Source: Takakia lepidozioides (lineage: Eukaryota > Plantae > Bryophyta). From it: DNA of 64,000 nucleotides. The stretch spans positions 10,974,001-11,038,000 of the forward strand of contig CM060734.1 in assembly GCA_030704615.1 (NCBI GenBank). Reading direction: 5' to 3'. Below the pieces are notes generated by a model that did no database searches, had not been told where the DNA came from, and worked only from the letters and a program-made list of their open reading frames with translations. Within the stretch, counting starts at the first letter, position 1, and every line of letters starts with the position of its first letter. Made by a program: the position numbers and the translations under genes. Positions 37,861-50,155 of the stretch are shown in pieces.

Positions 37861-39086
37861 TGTTAGAGGACTGTAGGGGACTTAGACACTGATACGGGAT
37901 CTGTAGGGTACCCTTAATTTTTGCACAGACTGAGACAAACAGGAACCTTAGGGGTGACAGCAGCGCACTGTAGAGGGGGGTTACATAGCCCACACAGCCG
38001 ACACAGCAGTCACAGCCCACACAGCCGTCACAGCCCACACAGCCAACACAGCCGTCACAGTCCTCACAGCCCACACAGCCGACACAGCAGTCACAGCCCA
38101 CACAGCCAACACAGCCGACACAGTCGTCACAGCCACACAGCCAACACAGCCCGTCACAGTCGTCACAGCCCACACAGCCGTCACAGTCGTCAAGACAGCC
38201 CACACAGCGACCGCAGTCACAGCCACACAGCCAACACAGCCCGACACAGTCGTCACAGCCCACACACAGCCGTCACAGCCCACACAGCCAACACAGCCCG
38301 TCACAGTCGTCACAAGCCACACAGCCCACACAGAGCCCGTCACAGTCGTCACAGCAGACAGCACGCACAGCCCACACAGCCAGTCACAGCCCGGCACAGC
38401 CACACAGCCAGTCACAGCCCGACACAGCCAAACACAGCCAGTCACCGCTTGACACAGCTGTCACGATAATAGGGAACGAAGAGTAGGACAGGGAACGACT
38501 GTGGGGAACAACACCAGTGAAGGGAACATGTTAGTTCACATACGACGGTTAGAGAGGGAAACGGTTAGAACCGCGATAGGAGGATAAAGGGAAGAACGGG
38601 GAATGATGAGGAGATCATTATTATCATTATTCGGGGAGGACTTCGGAGTCAGGCGGGAGCGGAAGTCGGTGAGCACGATGAAGGAGGAAAGAGGATTAGT
38701 AGATGCTTGTTATATGCAAAGCTGTAGGGATATTGTAGAGGAGAATAGAGACACAATGGCTTCGGCCTGATACCTGATAAATCATAATCTGATACTTATA
38801 CGATACAATCACACTATGTAGAGAGATCTGAGTGAAGCTGTGGATTGAATGGAGGAGTGAAGGAAACCGATAAATTGATGAAGCAAACTGATACTTAATT
38901 ATCAATGGTAAGGTAGCTAAGATGAATGCGGAAAAGGAAACAAATAGGAAACACCCCATGATACACTAGCTGTAGGTCATGACTGATTGTTCTGCGCGGG
39001 CTGAGTACTTAGAGATTTCCAACTCTTCTATCTTGGAGTTTCCGCCTCGGATAGCGAAGGGATGGGTGAGTAAAAGCCGCGCGACA
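37861..39086 (+). repeat. 5' LTR with CACAGC/CACAGT minisatellite (~37985-38460)
   Basis: Matches 45883-46857 and the reverse complement of 49152-50155. Confidence 0.9.
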
Positions 39087-39957
39087 TTTGGCGACCATAC
39101 TGGGGACCTGGGACATGAACAACCAGATGTGACAGGCATCTGGTGGGATCATGGTGGTTGGACCATTAAAGAATTTGAAGTGAATCAAATTCCCTGTGGA
39201 ACGAAGGAAGAAAGATTGTCCAAACAATTCTTTCAAAGGTTCTTGGAATTGCCAGACGGATGTAAAGAAAATATTCTTAAACGAGTGCATGATGCTGATC
39301 CAGAATGGGGTCTGGAGAAAGGAGTGATAAAGATTTATCAGGTAGCCTGTAGAGGAAGAGCACGTTGGTTACCAACATTAGTTATGTGATAGCGTTGCTA
39401 TCCATTAAACGAGTAGAGTTTGAAGGCTGGGAAGAAAGAAAGGTGAATGTTTATACTCATATGCATGAAGAGCTTGTACTGGTAAAGAATTGGATTCCAA
39501 AGGATATTTTGTGGATCAAACTCACACCAAGAACAGCTTTTCAGACTTGTTTGCCATATGGTTATATGGTAACGGAGACTTCAAGTATAGCCAAGGGTGC
39601 ATTGAAGCTTGAAAGAAACCAGGCATATACGAGAGATATTACAGAAGAGAGTTTTGGTTATTGCCACATTAAAAGAAATGAAAGACATGGGACATGAGTG
39701 ATGAAAGAGAAGCTAGACGACAAAGATATTCATCAAAAGAGAAAGCTATCTGAAAGCTAATTATCCATATCTTTGGGAGAGAGGAATAGACATAGGGGAA
39801 TCATCTGGACCTCTCACACCATCAAGATCAAAAGTGCATCACCTATACCGGAAGAACTAGAGTTGGATGCCACTCCTTCTGTTTCTTTGCAAGAAAGATT
39901 AAGGGAATTGGTACAGGAAGAAGATCAATCACGAGGTGAAAGATCTGAGGTACATCC

Positions 39958-42900
39958 TTGGATAAAAGACTTGACAAAATCTTTGATAAGAGTTGGCATG
40001 GAACACCAAAAGCAGGAACTCCAGTTTCTGAAGCAGAAGATGAAGAAGGAGATGAGGATGTGGCAGAGCCAACGGAGAGTTCAGACTCTCCAACACCATT
40101 ACAGTTGAGTTACATGAGTGAAGAAGAAACCCAAGGGCAGAACTTGGAGGATGAAAACAGAGAGAAGAAATTAGAAGAGGAAGAATATGAAGAAGTAGAC
40201 CCAACAGCTGAGGTTGAGACTACAACCAGGACATCCCAACCCGTTGGACCTGGATCAAGTGGAGCACTTGGATCACAGGCCAACGAAGGTGTCGGCTCAG
40301 GGGGATCAGGCGGGCTGCCTGGATCTGGCTCTGGGGGGACAGGGAGTGTGGGAAGTAGTGCAACTGAAGCTGGGAATACTGTGAATATCGTGGGGCCAGA
40401 AGCAGGGAGTGCTCAAGGGCCACCACTTGGTGGAAGATCCACCACAAAAACAACAGGTCCAGAAGGACCAGCACCAGCAAGGGTGCCAGCACCTGTCAGT
40501 GGGCAGAAGGTAGGGCCACAGATGGCGTTACAACCAACACGGGCAAAACCACCCTTTCCAATATATTCAGGAAAAGGGGATCCCGATGTACACATTAGCC
40601 AATTTGAGCACATGTGTATAGTGAACAATGAGAATGGCGATGATGCCAAGATGAGACTGTTTCCTTGTTCACTTATCAAGAAAGCAAGTGAATGGTATGC
40701 AAGATTCCCTGATAATCATTTCCTAACCTGGAATGGCTTGAAATACAACATTTCGAAATAGGTTCAGGACAAGTAAAACTGAGGATGAAGTGTATGGAAG
40801 TTTACAACAGCTGAAGCAGAAGAAGCATGAAACTGTTGAAGAGTATATGGAGAAGATGGAATTGATGATGAAAAAGCTGGCTGCAGTACCAGCACCGGTT
40901 TACAGAAGACTTGGTTTGTGAGTGGACTAAGACCAGAGTTGCAAAGAAAGTGGATATGTTACCCCATAATACAGTGGAGGAGGCATTTGAAACTGCAAAC
41001 AGAATTGAGCAATTGGGAATGCTCAGGAGAGAGAAAAGGAAGATGAGGACTCTGAGATGAGTCAGATGAAGAAGAAGAGCAAGAACTAAAAAGAAAGAGT
41101 AAGAGAAAGGAAAAGTTGAAGAGGGATAACTATGAGAAAAGATTGGAAGAAATCTTGAAGAAGTATGCCACAGAGGCTGCAACACACTTGGAGGAAGGTG
41201 TGTATGGTGTGCAAAGTGCCAGAATGAAGGCCATACCACCACAGAATGCCACATGAAGGAGAAACACTGTACTATCTGTAAAATGGATAACCATTCTACT
41301 GAGAATTGTTACTACAACAGAAGGACAGCTGCAAGAGAACCTAGGCAAGTAAGGGTGCATCAGTGTGCAGCCCCAGCCAAGAAGAAATAATGATCAGGAC
41401 CACTATGGTAGGTCTGGTGGTTATAACAATGGCATGGAAGGGAGAGGTAATTCAAGAGGGAATTACCAAGGAAATTCCAGAGGCAACTATCAGGGTAATC
41501 CAAGGGGGAATTACCAGCCGGGAATCAGGATTATAGAAATAATCCAAGACCAGACCAAGGGCGAGGACCCAATGGTGAAGAGCTATGTTACTATTGTAAT
41601 CAGCCAGGACATCGCAAGGCAGCCTGTTCATTCTGGATAAGACACCAGAATGAGATGAGAGCTCCTGTGAATGAGGGCCCAGTGGTGGCAGCTCACATGG
41701 TTAGGCCATGTGTTGTACCAGAAGTAAGTACAATGATAGTAACAGAAGTAAAGCCAAACTAATACCTCCAGTAGAAGAGGAAGAAGATGAGACTGGAAGT
41801 GGCAATGATATGCCTGAAGATGAAGAGACTTGGAAAGATGAGAAGGAACTGCACAAGGAAGTGGCAGATACTATAAGGGAAATGCAAAAGAGTACGGATA
41901 TTCCTGTGGCAGATTCCTCTGATTCGGATGGAGAAAAAGAGGGGAGTGAGGAAGAAAGGAAAAAAGAAGATGCAGACATGCAAAGTAATGAAGAGACTTT
42001 GGCTGAAGTAATATGTCAGACCAAAGCAGAAATTACCATTGGACAGCTATTAGCTGTGGCACCTTATTGTAGGCACAGGCTGTATCAGGCAATCAATCGA
42101 ATTGCCCAAGAGACAGGAAACACAGACCTGAACAGCAAGGTGACCAGTTATAATGTGAAGCCGGAAGGGCGAGAACCAGTCATGGACTTTGATGATTCTA
42201 TGCCAGTAATCCAATTGAGAATTGGAAGCACAGAACTAACTGATGTACTGATAGATGGTGGTTCTGGAGTAAATATCATGACAGACCAATTAAGGAAGAA
42301 GCTTGGTCTAAGTAACATGAAACCAGCCCCATTTACAGTAACAATGGCAGATCAAAGAAGTGTACAGCCATTGGGATTAATAAGAGGAGTTAAGATACAG
42401 ATACAGAAAATGATCTTTATGATCACAGTAACTGTATTAAAAATGGATGAAGTCATGGAGGCTTACTCCTTATTATTGGGACGTCCGTGGCTGAAACAGG
42501 CCAGGGTATTCCATGACTGGAATTCTCAGTTACTAACTGTGCATAATGGGATGCACACGAGATACAAATTACCACAAAGAAATCTAGTAGATTACCTGCT
42601 ACAAGAAGACCTCGAGGAGTCAGAGAGTATGACTGGAGGGGAGGACTGGATGAGGAGCAGGAAGCTACCCTATTTGCTGCACACCCAGAATGGGAGCAGG
42701 TTGCAGAGATGCGGCTGGAAAGCCTAAGTTGTTTGAGAGGTATCTGCTGTGGTGTAGTGACAGCAACACCAATTGAAGAGGAAACCAACTGTTACCCACA
42801 CACATTTCTATGAAGAAAAGGAGGGAGAGATAGAAATCCTAGAAGAACCAGCCACTGTGAGCTTAAAGGATGAAATGGTGACTGGTTGGACAATCACAGC

Positions 42901-45370
42901 TGATGAGCAGGTGAGAGAAGTAAATGTGGGGAACTCAGGAGGAACCGAGAATGGTGAAAGTAGGAGCTGATTTGGAGCCAGAGTTCTTCGAAGAAGCTAA
43001 AAGCTTGTTCATCAAATAACAGAGATGTATTTATGAGGATCTAAAAGGGATACCACCTGAAGTCTGTCAGCATAAGATTGAACTGGAACCAGGGTCAGTA
43101 CCAATCAAGCAGGCGAGGTATAGAATGAAATCCCCACTACGCACAGAAGGTTGGAGAAGAGATAAAGAAGTTGGCTGAGGCTAAGTTTATATACCCAATA
43201 GAGTATACAACTTGGTTGTCACCATGTTGTTATAGTCCCAAGAAGAATGGCAACTAGAGTATGTGTGAACTATAAGAAGCTGAATGCTTGTACGAAGAAA
43301 GATCCTTTTCCCTTTGCCATTCACACAAAGCAGCAGTATTAGACACTGTGGCAGCCATGAGAATGTACTCATTCATGGATGGCTTCAGTGGTTATAATCA
43401 AGTGCAAGTGGCAGAAGAAGACCAAGGAAAACAGCTTTCATCACAGACTGGGGGCTTATGCATACAAAGTCATGCCCTTTGGACTTTGTAATCACCAGCG
43501 ACCTTTCAGAGAGTGATAAGTGAATCTTTTCATGAGTATCTGGATGATTTCATGCAAGGTGTTCTTGGATGATTTCAGTGGTACAACTCTAAGAATGAGC
43601 ACTTGCATAAATTGGAGTTATGCTTGGCCAGATGCAGGATGAAGGTCTATGCCTGAATCCAGAGAAGTGTACTTCTGTGTGAACTCAGGGGTGCTTCTGG
43701 GACACATTGTGTGTAAGAATGGACTCCTTGTGGATCCCAGAAAGACAGAGTCCATTAAAGCCTCTCCACCACCAGTGAATGTTAAAAGTCTACGAAATTC
43801 CTTGGGCAAACCAGTTATTACAGGAGATTTGTCAAAAGGTATGCAAAACCAGTTATTACAGGAGATTTGTCAAAAGGTATGCACAATCGCAGCACCATTG
43901 AGCAACTACTGAAGAAGATGCAGTGTTTGCCTGGCACAGCGGAAATGTCAACAGGCGTTTGAGGAACTTACACTGTCAGTAACAACTACACCTGTGCTGA
44001 TTAACCCTCACTGGCATGTTAGTATTCCATGTTCATTGCGATGCATCAGGAGAAAAGCGTTGGAGCGGTGTTAGCCCAGAATGTTACAGGAATATAGATT
44101 CACCGGTGTACTATGCTAGCCGGTTGATGAACAGTGCTGAGAGGGAACTATAGTACAACGGAAAGAGAAGCATTGGCAATGATCTATGCAGTGAAGAAAT
44201 TCAGGCATTACCTGTTGGGCAAGAAGTTTATGTTCTATGTGGATCACCAGGCTCTGATATACCTGGTTGTAAACAAACCTCTGATAAGCGGAAGAATAGC
44301 AAGATGGTTAATAATCTTGCATGAGTTTGAGTTCGAGTTATTTACAAGCCTGGCCGTTTGGCATCTTGTGGCAGATCATTTGTCACGACTAACAACAGGA
44401 GAGGCCGCCACATGAGTGGACGATCAGTTACCTGATGCGAGTTTATTTGTAATGGAGGTGCAAGGAAGTGCAGATGAATGGTTAGATTGGCAGTGGCCAA
44501 TCAGATACTACCTTGCTCATGGTCAGTGCCCACCTAGTTATGGTTAGGAGCAGAGAAGAGAATCGCTATCCAGCTTTACCGTATACTATGGTAGGAAGCA
44601 AAATGTATAAGTAGGACCTGATGGAGTACTAAAAACGATGCTTGATACCACCATCGGAAGTAAAGAAGTTTTGGCGGAAGTTCATAAAGGAGTGGCTGGA
44701 GGTCATTTTGGAAGAGACTACCAGTAGAAAGATACTACTCGCAGGATACTGGTGGCCTACTTTGTTCAAAGATGTACACGAGTATTGTCAGAAGTGTGAT
44801 GAATGTCAGAGGCTAGGACCTTTGCAGAGATCTGGAAGGATGGCCTTGCATCCTACAATGCCTACGGACCATTTCAGAAATGGGGACTAGACTTTGTTGG
44901 ACCATAAACCCACCATCCAAGAATACACGAAACAGGTACATAATTACAGCCACTGATTATACTACAAAGTGGGGTGGAAGCTAAAGCTGTGAGGGACAAC
45001 ACAGCCAAGTCCACAGCAAGGTTCCTGTACGAGAACATACTTACAAGATTTGGCTGTCCCTTAGAATTTATCAGTGACCAAGGAAGTCACTTCATGAATG
45101 AGACCATTGAGTTGTTGACTAAAAGAGTTTATGATGTGCATAGAAAGAGTACAACATATTACCGCAGCACAATAGGGTAATGGGCAGGCAGAGGCTCCCA
45201 ACAAAATACTATGTACTATCTTGCAAAGATAGTCAATGCAAACAGAACGGATTGGGATACAAAGCTGCTGACAGCTTTGTGGTCATACGGACTTTTATAA
45301 AGTCACCACTAAGTATACACCATTCCAATTAGTTTATGGTATGGAAGCCTTACTTCCAGTGGAATTCCTG
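39958..45370 (+). pseudogene. gag-pol remnants
   Basis: gag YSGKGDPDVHI..LFPCSL..ASEWY; PR VLIDGGSGVNIM; RT FMDGFSGYNQV; RH NYSTTEREALAMIYAVKKFRHY; INT YWWPTLFKD..CDECQR and ISDQGSHF. Confidence 0.88.
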
Positions 45371-45882
45371 TGGCAGGGAAGTACTTGCACGCTGCACCAG
45401 TAATTGGTACCCCACTCACTGGACAGACAGGAGCTCAGTGTCTCCACCAATTTTTGCTGTTAAACGGTTACACCATGTTGTAAAATACAAACTTCAGACA
45501 TGGGTAGGACATCATTGTAGCCCCAGATGATTACACAAAAAGTTCGAAATTAAAACACCTAAGAGGCGATGAGGATTCTGATACAACTGTTTCTTCACCG
45601 AATTCTTTTGACATGGGAGAAGACTATGCAATTCAGATGGCAAGAGAAGAAGCGACGGGGGTCTCCTATGCCGGAAAGGTTACCTCGATATCAGCCTCCA
45701 AAGGGCCTCACTTATCCAGGTAGTGATCAACCATCTCCGTCAACCAGAGACAGACCTCGGGCTCGTACACACAGTCCGCCACGAAACTCTCAACGTCAAG
45801 AAGGTGCTCACTCACAAAGGTTTTGCTAGTAGAAATCAGTAAACCGTGAGGACACGGCTTTTTGAGGGGGGGGAAGGGGTAA

Positions 45883-46857
45883 TGTTAGAGACTGTCGGGG
45901 ACTTAGACACTTATATGGGATGTGTAGGTACCTTAATTTTGCACAGACTGAGACCAACAGGAGCCTTAGGGGTGACAGCAGCGCACTGTAGAGGGGGTTA
46001 CACAGCCCAACACAGTCGTCACAGCCAACACAACCAACATAGCCAACACAGCCCGTCACAATCGTCACAGCAGACACAGCCGACACAGCCCGGCACAGCC
46101 ACACAGCCAGTCACAGCCCGACACAGCCAAACACAGTCGCACAGCCAGTTCACAGCCCGTCACAGTTTCACACAGCCAGTCACAGCTTGACACGGCTGTC
46201 ACGATCATAGGGAACAAAGAGTAGGACAGGGAACGACTGTGGGTAACAACACCTGCGAAGGGAACATGTTAGTTCACAGACACGGTTAGTGAGGGAAACG
46301 GTTAGAACCGCGGATAGGAGATAAAGGGGGAAACGGGGAAGGAAGGGACATCATTCGGAGGAGGACTTCTTGGTGATAGGGGATTCAGAGGAGGACTTCT
46401 TGGTGATAGAAGAGAGGGGATCGGGCAGAGATGAGGAACGGAAGTGAAGATAGAGAGAGATGATGAGTAGATGCTTGATATAGGCAAGGCTGTAATGATA
46501 TTGTAGAGCAGATTAGAGACACAATGGCTTCGCCCTGATACCTGATAAATCATAATCGGATACTTTTACGATACAATCACACTGTGTAGAGAGATCTGAG
46601 TGAAGCTGTGAAATGAATGGATGAGCTGATGGAATCCAATAGATTGATAAAGCAAACTGATACTTAATTATCAATGGTAGATAGCAACATGAATAATACC
46701 AAAAGGAAAACAAATAGGAAAAACCCCCATGATACACTAGCTGTAGGTCATGACTGATTGTTCTGCGCGGGCTGAGTACTTAGAGATTTCCAACTCTTCT
46801 ATCTTGGAGTTTCCGCCTCGAATAGCGAAGGGATGGGTGAGTAAAAGCCACGCGACA
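45883..46857 (+). repeat. 3' LTR (shorter minisatellite)
   Basis: Follows the PPT; ends GCGACA. Confidence 0.9.
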
Positions 46858-47100
46858 AGGGTGCATCAAGTGTAGCCCCAGCCAAGAAGAAACAGTGATC
46901 AGGACCACTATGGTAGGCCTGGTGGTTATAACAATGGCATGGAAGGGAGGGGTAATTCAAGAGGGAATTACCAAGGAAATTCCAGAGGCAACTATCAGGG
47001 TAATCCAAGGGGGAATTACCAGCCAGGGCAGCCTGTTCATTCTGGATTAGACACCAGAATGAGATGAGAGCTCCTGTGAATGAGGGCCCAGTGGTGGCAG
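46858..47100 (+). repeat. Fragment of the same family's gag region (matches 41352-41690, with an internal deletion)
   Basis: Direct sequence match. Confidence 0.8.
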
Positions 47101-48948
47101 TCTTAGGTGGCTTCTCCTCCAACTTAGCATCAACAAAGTCGAATCGGGGCCCTTCCCTCCACCCCGTCCCATCAGAAAATTGCGGTACCTGGTTTGTTGT
47201 GTAAGTGCCCGCACCATGTCATCAGCAGTGGCCACATACAAGTCACGACCTGCTTTGGTAGACTGTTGCATCCAGGCGTTGTGAACAGTCTCTGCCAAAT
47301 TACACGATGGCATGTCGGCCAAGTCCTCCAAGGACATGTCCTGCAGGAGGCATTGCATGGAAATGTGAGGAAGGAAAAGAAATGGTAGAGGTTATTCAAG
47401 TGACAATCGAACAACCCCAAATGAACAGGCACGATGCAAAGTGCAATTTGTGTTTAAGGAAAACTTGTGAGGCTACCGTCGTCATGAAAGCTCCCCACTG
47501 TCTGTACCTGAAGTGCCAGAAAACAACCAGTCCTCCAACTCCTTCAGGTGGATACCTGTAGCAGCACCAGCGGAGAACCACCAAGCCCGGATTGGCTGGT
47601 AAGTGCTCTCTGCTTCTCCCATTGAGGTGGCATTCTTGTACTTCAGACAGAGCCTTCTATGCTCCAACTGAAGGTCAGGGCGAATGCATCGCTTTGTATG
47701 ACGTGCCAGAGATTGACTCCAATGGAAGAGGCATGTGCGCTCCCTATTTTCCATGGGGACCTTAGGATCCCCAGAACCAAACACGCGCCGCACTGCATTG
47801 AAATTTGCCTGTGCACTATCAGCCATGAAGCCCGCAAAGTTTGTGTTCTGTATTCCATTGCGCTGCATGACGGTCAGGAGGGACTTCCACATGAGCATCT
47901 GGGATTCAGTGTCCTCCGACTGCATATCACAAATTGCTATGGAGAGCACACGCTGGTACGCTGGATCATACACATGGCACGCCCATGGTTGTCCAACCCT
48001 TCACCCGTTGCAGTGATCAAACATTAACCAACATTTAGCCAAATCTCCTCCAGGTTGCATTCGGCGGACAATGCTCACACCACTGCCTTGGCCCACAGCG
48101 GACATCTTGAACAAATACACTTTGGCGAGCCCTGGCCAGGGAACATACTGTTTTGAATGAATTCATAGCGACTCCTCCGTTTGAGGTCCATAATGTTGTC
48201 CATGAATCCAGCAGTGCCTGTGCCCATTTGAGTGCATTCACCTGGTTTCGAATATTGGAGAGCTCAACACGGAGAAATGGTCCATGACTGCCTCAAGGGA
48301 ATCTGCATCCAGCATTGGCTGTGTCGAATCCCCTTCACCCAGTATGTTTTTTTCCAGGAATGCCTTGCTAGCTGCAAGCGCTATAGCAGAAGTGTTGCAG
48401 AAGGGGCATTATGGAACTCTTGCTTCAGTAGATTTCTAGCGATGTCCACGCTATCCCTGCAACTCCCTTTGGACACAGGATGCTCGTGTGCACCCATATG
48501 AATTGCAGGCACGAGTCATTGTCTTGCATCGATGTGCCACCTGATACATACGAGCGTGGCAAACAGAAACACAGGACGGGGAAAGTTTGCAGAACCTGCA
48601 CACAAAAGTATTGGTATTGGGAGGTGCAAGCCCTGGGGTGAAAGGATTCAGGGGCACACCTTCCCACTCACTTTCGTTTGGCTGAGCGCTGTTTCTCAGC
48701 CGAGGGCAAGAAATATTCAGGCACTTGCAATGCCAACGCAAACCGACCTCCGAAATTTCAAGCCAATGTCGTTATGGATGTTCGAAGTTTTTGTCCTGCA
48801 CCAAGGATGTCCGTCATGTTTCTTGTCCATGCCCTGCAGAAGCCCAGCAGTCCACTGGAGACGTGGGAGGGTTGAGCTCAAACAAGATGTCCCCATCAAA
48901 CTGAGCTGGCACGTATTGAACACGTTGCACTGGAAGGGACTCCCAATC
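47101..48948 (-). pseudogene. MULE-like DDE transposase, copy D (more diverged subfamily, both ends truncated)
   Basis: DGHPWCRTKTSN, NFAGFMADSAQANF.AVRRVF, TCLFHWSQSL, MPSCNLAETVHNAW. Confidence 0.8.
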
Positions 48949-50155
48949 ATGCACTCGTTTAAGAATATTTTCTTTACATCCGTCTGGCAATTCCAAGAAC
49001 CTTTGAAAGAATCGTTTGGACAATCTTTCTTCCTTCGTTCCACAGGGAATTTGATTCACTTCAAATTCTTTAATGGTCCAACCACCATGATCCCACCAGA
49101 TGCCTGTCACATCTGGGTTCATGTCCCAGGTCCCCATTATGGTCGCCAAAATTCGCGCGGCTTTTACTCACCATCCCTTCACTATCCGAGGCGGAAACAT
49201 CCCTAATCCGAGGCGGCAAAACTCCAAGAGGAAAGTTGAAATCTCTAAGTACTCAGCCCGCGCAGAACATCAGTCATGACCTACAGCTAGTGTATCATGG
49301 GGGTGTTTCCTATGCGTTTCCCTTTCCGCATTCATCTTAACTACCTTTGGCATTGATAAGTAAGTATCAGTTTGCTTCATCAATCTAGTTTCCTTCACTC
49401 ATCCATTTCAATCCACAGCTTCTCTCAGATCTCTCTACACAGTGTGATTGTATCGTATATGTATCAGGATTATGATTTATCAGGTATCAGGCCGAAGCCA
49501 TTATGTCTCTAATCTGCTCTCCAATATCACTACAGCTTGCATATAACAAGCATCTACTATCTCTTTTCTCCTTCATCGTGCTCTCCATCTCTTGCCTCCG
49601 ATCTCCGCTCCAGCCTGACTCCGAAGTCCTCCTCCGAATAATGATGATCCCCCTTCATTCCCCGTTTCTCCCTTTATCCTCCTATCCGTGGTTCTAACCG
49701 TTTCCCTCTCTAACCGTCGTCTGTGAACTAACATGTTCCCTTCACAGGTGGTGTTCCCCACAGTCGTTCCTGTCCTACTCTTCGAACCCTATTATCGTGA
49801 CAGCTGTGTCAAGCGGTGATTGGCTGTGTTTGGCTGTGTCGGGCTGTGACGGGCTGTGACTGGCTGTGTGGGCTGTGTCTGCTGTGACGACTGTGACGGG
49901 CTGTGTGGGCTGCGTCTGCTGTGACGACTGTTGACGGGCTGTGTCGGCTGTGTGGGCTGTGACGACTGTGACGGGCTGGGTCGGCTGTGGGCTGTGACGA
50001 CTGTGACGGGCTGTGTCGGCTGTGACGACTGTGTAACCCCCCTCTACAGTGCGCTGCTGTCACCCCTAAGGCTCCTGTTGGTCTCAGTCTGTGCAAAATT
50101 AAGGGTACCCTACAGATCCCGTATAAGTGTCTAAGTCCCCTACAGTCCTCTAACA
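48949..50155 (-). mobile_element. Third LTR (49152-50155) + PBS + ~200 bp of 5' internal sequence of the same gypsy family, inserted in MULE copy A
   Basis: Reverse complement matches 37861-39292; interrupts the transposase right after AESVHSS. Confidence 0.88.

Larger units (their letters stand above)
37861..46857 (+). mobile_element. Non-chromovirus Ty3/gypsy LTR retrotransposon with both LTRs, heavily frameshifted; no TSD seen
   Basis: LTRs 37861-39086 and 45883-46857 (TG...CA); PBS TGGCGACC at 39089; PPT GAGGGGGGGGAAGGGG at 45864; gag-PR-RT-RH-INT motifs. Confidence 0.9.

Noticed and set aside
37850-38469. Cys-rich or His/Ser-rich ORFs (metallothionein-like)
   Set aside because: Translations of the CACAGC minisatellite within the LTR; the same applies to 45826-46190 and 49809-50134.
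38979-39389. MULE fragment captured in the gypsy 5' region (shares sequence with ORF 48814-49149)
   Set aside because: The shared part follows the PBS and is gypsy internal sequence; ORF 48814-49149 is a chimeric junction with MULE D at ~48948.
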